Source: Flavobacteriales bacterium (GTDB taxonomy: Bacteria; Bacteroidota; Bacteroidia; Flavobacteriales_E; Vicingaceae). Taken from it: a stretch of DNA of 64,000 nucleotides. The stretch is taken from the NCBI GenBank assembly GCA_905339165.1, contig CAJPFH010000026.1, forward strand, positions 31,471-95,470, in the 5' to 3' direction. This document shows positions 62,706 through 64,000 of this stretch, in pieces; position 1 is the stretch's first letter; each line of letters opens with the position of its first letter. Position numbers and translations under genes: made by a program. The notes under the pieces are model-generated. The model was not told where the DNA came from. It ran no database searches and saw only the letters and a list, made by a program, of their open reading frames with translations.

Positions 62706-63947
62706 ATGAAATTTGAGCAATACCCTATTTTTGAGGGTATAAAAAAAAGCATTTCCAAGTTAGGCTTTAAAAAGCCTACCGACATTCAGTATAAATCGAT
62801 ACCTGCTATACTAAAGGGAGAAGATGTACTTGCAATAGCTCAAACAGGTACGGGAAAAACGGCAGCTTTTGTAATACCCATATTGCACCTACTTCAAGAA
62901 CGAAAAATAAAAGGCCGTACCGATGGTGTAAAATGTTTGGTATTAGCTCCCACACACGAATTGGCTTTGCAAATAGAAGGTGTTTTTAACGAGGTAGGGA
63001 AACATACTCGAATAAATACCTTTTGTATTCATGGTGGGGTAGAACAAGAGCCACAAATACAAAGGCTAAATGAAGGAGTAGATGTATTAATAGCCACCCC
63101 GGGTAGAATGTTCGATTTAGTAAGTCAGGGTGCATTAATTTTAAGAAGAGTTGAAATACTAGTGTTAGATGAGGCAGACCATATGCTCGACTTGGGATTT
63201 ATAAAAGATATTCGCGATTTAATGCGTCATTTACCACTAAAACGACAAACATTGTTTTTTTCGGCTACCATAAACGAAAAAATTAAAAGCCTTGCCAATT
63301 CTTTAGTAAGCAATCCTATTCGTATTCAAATTTCGCCTAAAAATCCGGTGGCAAAAAATATTCAACATTCCGTTGCTTTTGTAGAAATGGACGATAAGCG
63401 TTTTTTCTTAGAAAGCATTATCAGAAGTAACGAAAATAAAAAAATCTTAGTTTTTGTAAGAACCAAAGTAAGAGCAGAGCGTGTTAAGAAAGCATTAGAA
63501 AGAGTAGGGGTCTTGTCAGAAACCATACATAGCAGCAGAACCCATACAGAAAGAGAGCAGGTAATGGAAAATTTTAGAAATGGCGAACTAAAAATTTTAG
63601 TAGCAACCGACATTACTGCCCGCGGAATAGATATCCCTTCCGTAGAGTTGGTGGTTAATTACGATATGCCTGAAACGGCCGAAAATTATGTACACCGTGT
63701 GGGTAGAACTGGTAGAGGAGCCGAAAAAGGCCAAGCTATTTCTTTTTGCAGTTCGGAAGAAAAAGAGGTGTTAAACGAGGTTGAAAATAATCTGGGTAAA
63801 CCTATTTTAAGAATAGAAATCTCTAAAAAGGATTACGAATTTGTAAATGACCTATCTGAAGAAAAATCGCATGATTGGAAAGCGTTGTTGCTCGAAGAAG
63901 AAAAAAGAATTCAGAAAATATCCAAAAAGAAGAAAAAAAAGTTTTAA
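62706..63947 (+). CDS. DEAD-box ATP-dependent RNA helicase
   Basis: Q-motif, AQTGTGKT, DEAD, SAT, HRVGRTGR motifs. Confidence 0.93.
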   Translation: MKFEQYPIFEGIKKSISKLGFKKPTDIQYKSIPAILKGEDVLAIAQTGTGKTAAFVIPILHLLQERKIKGRTDGVKCLVLAPTHELALQIEGVFNEVGKHTRINTFCIHGGVEQEPQIQRLNEGVDVLIATPGRMFDLVSQGALILRRVEILVLDEADHMLDLGFIKDIRDLMRHLPLKRQTLFFSATINEKIKSLANSLVSNPIRIQISPKNPVAKNIQHSVAFVEMDDKRFFLESIIRSNENKKILVFVRTKVRAERVKKALERVGVLSETIHSSRTHTEREQVMENFRNGELKILVATDITARGIDIPSVELVVNYDMPETAENYVHRVGRTGRGAEKGQAISFCSSEEKEVLNEVENNLGKPILRIEISKKDYEFVNDLSEEKSHDWKALLLEEEKRIQKISKKKKKKF

Positions 63948-64000
63948 AAGCTGCTAAAATTTTGAGAGAGTTAACTTGTTGAAAGTATAATTTGATTATT

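Overview
This is a low-GC Bacteroidetes-type chromosomal window, dense with housekeeping genes. The lineage call rests on T9SS C-terminal sorting domains, a TonB-dependent receptor with a DUF4249 partner, a PadR/PspC pair, a Csp plus DEAD-box pair, and TAnnTTTG-like -7 promoter elements.

Genes I can support from the sequence:
- A Cys-type NAD-linked formate dehydrogenase operon (fused NuoE/NuoF-like beta subunit, alpha subunit) with a membrane sensor histidine kinase inserted between the two subunit genes.
- A T9SS-secreted subtilase.
- PspC and PadR, RluA, PanB, DnaK.
- A tightly overlapping three-gene unit: an RPE-like epimerase with two CBS domains, a Thermotoga-type DAHP synthase, and an HTH fused to a KdsC-like phosphatase.
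- IspE, AccA, UvrA, an ECF sigma factor, and a fused E1 alpha/beta 2-oxoacid dehydrogenase.
- An LtaS-like transferase, a soluble lipid kinase and YciH in one apparent operon.
- A YfcH-like oxidoreductase, a flotillin/NfeD pair, FdhD and PurE.
- A decayed T9SS SBBP-repeat pseudogene.
- A CDF transporter, TrxB, a TonB-dependent receptor with a DUF4249 protein, tRNA-Pro(GGG), SucD, FabG, TerC, RimM, S16, FabI, a 7TM-HD receptor, an Opp-like ABC importer without an ATPase, tRNA-Ser(GCU), an SLC13 transporter, CspA-like and a DEAD-box helicase.

I found no CRISPR array, no integrase or transposase, and no prophage.

The most unusual items are:
- the sensor kinase embedded in the formate dehydrogenase operon;
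- the Kdo-pathway-like epimerase / DAHP synthase / HTH-phosphatase operon;
- the LtaS-like plus DAG-kinase-like operon;
- several small unannotated elements: a FeoB-associated Cys-rich peptide, a start-stop mini-ORF with a strong Shine-Dalgarno sequence, a candidate sRNA, and a small lipoprotein upstream of terC.
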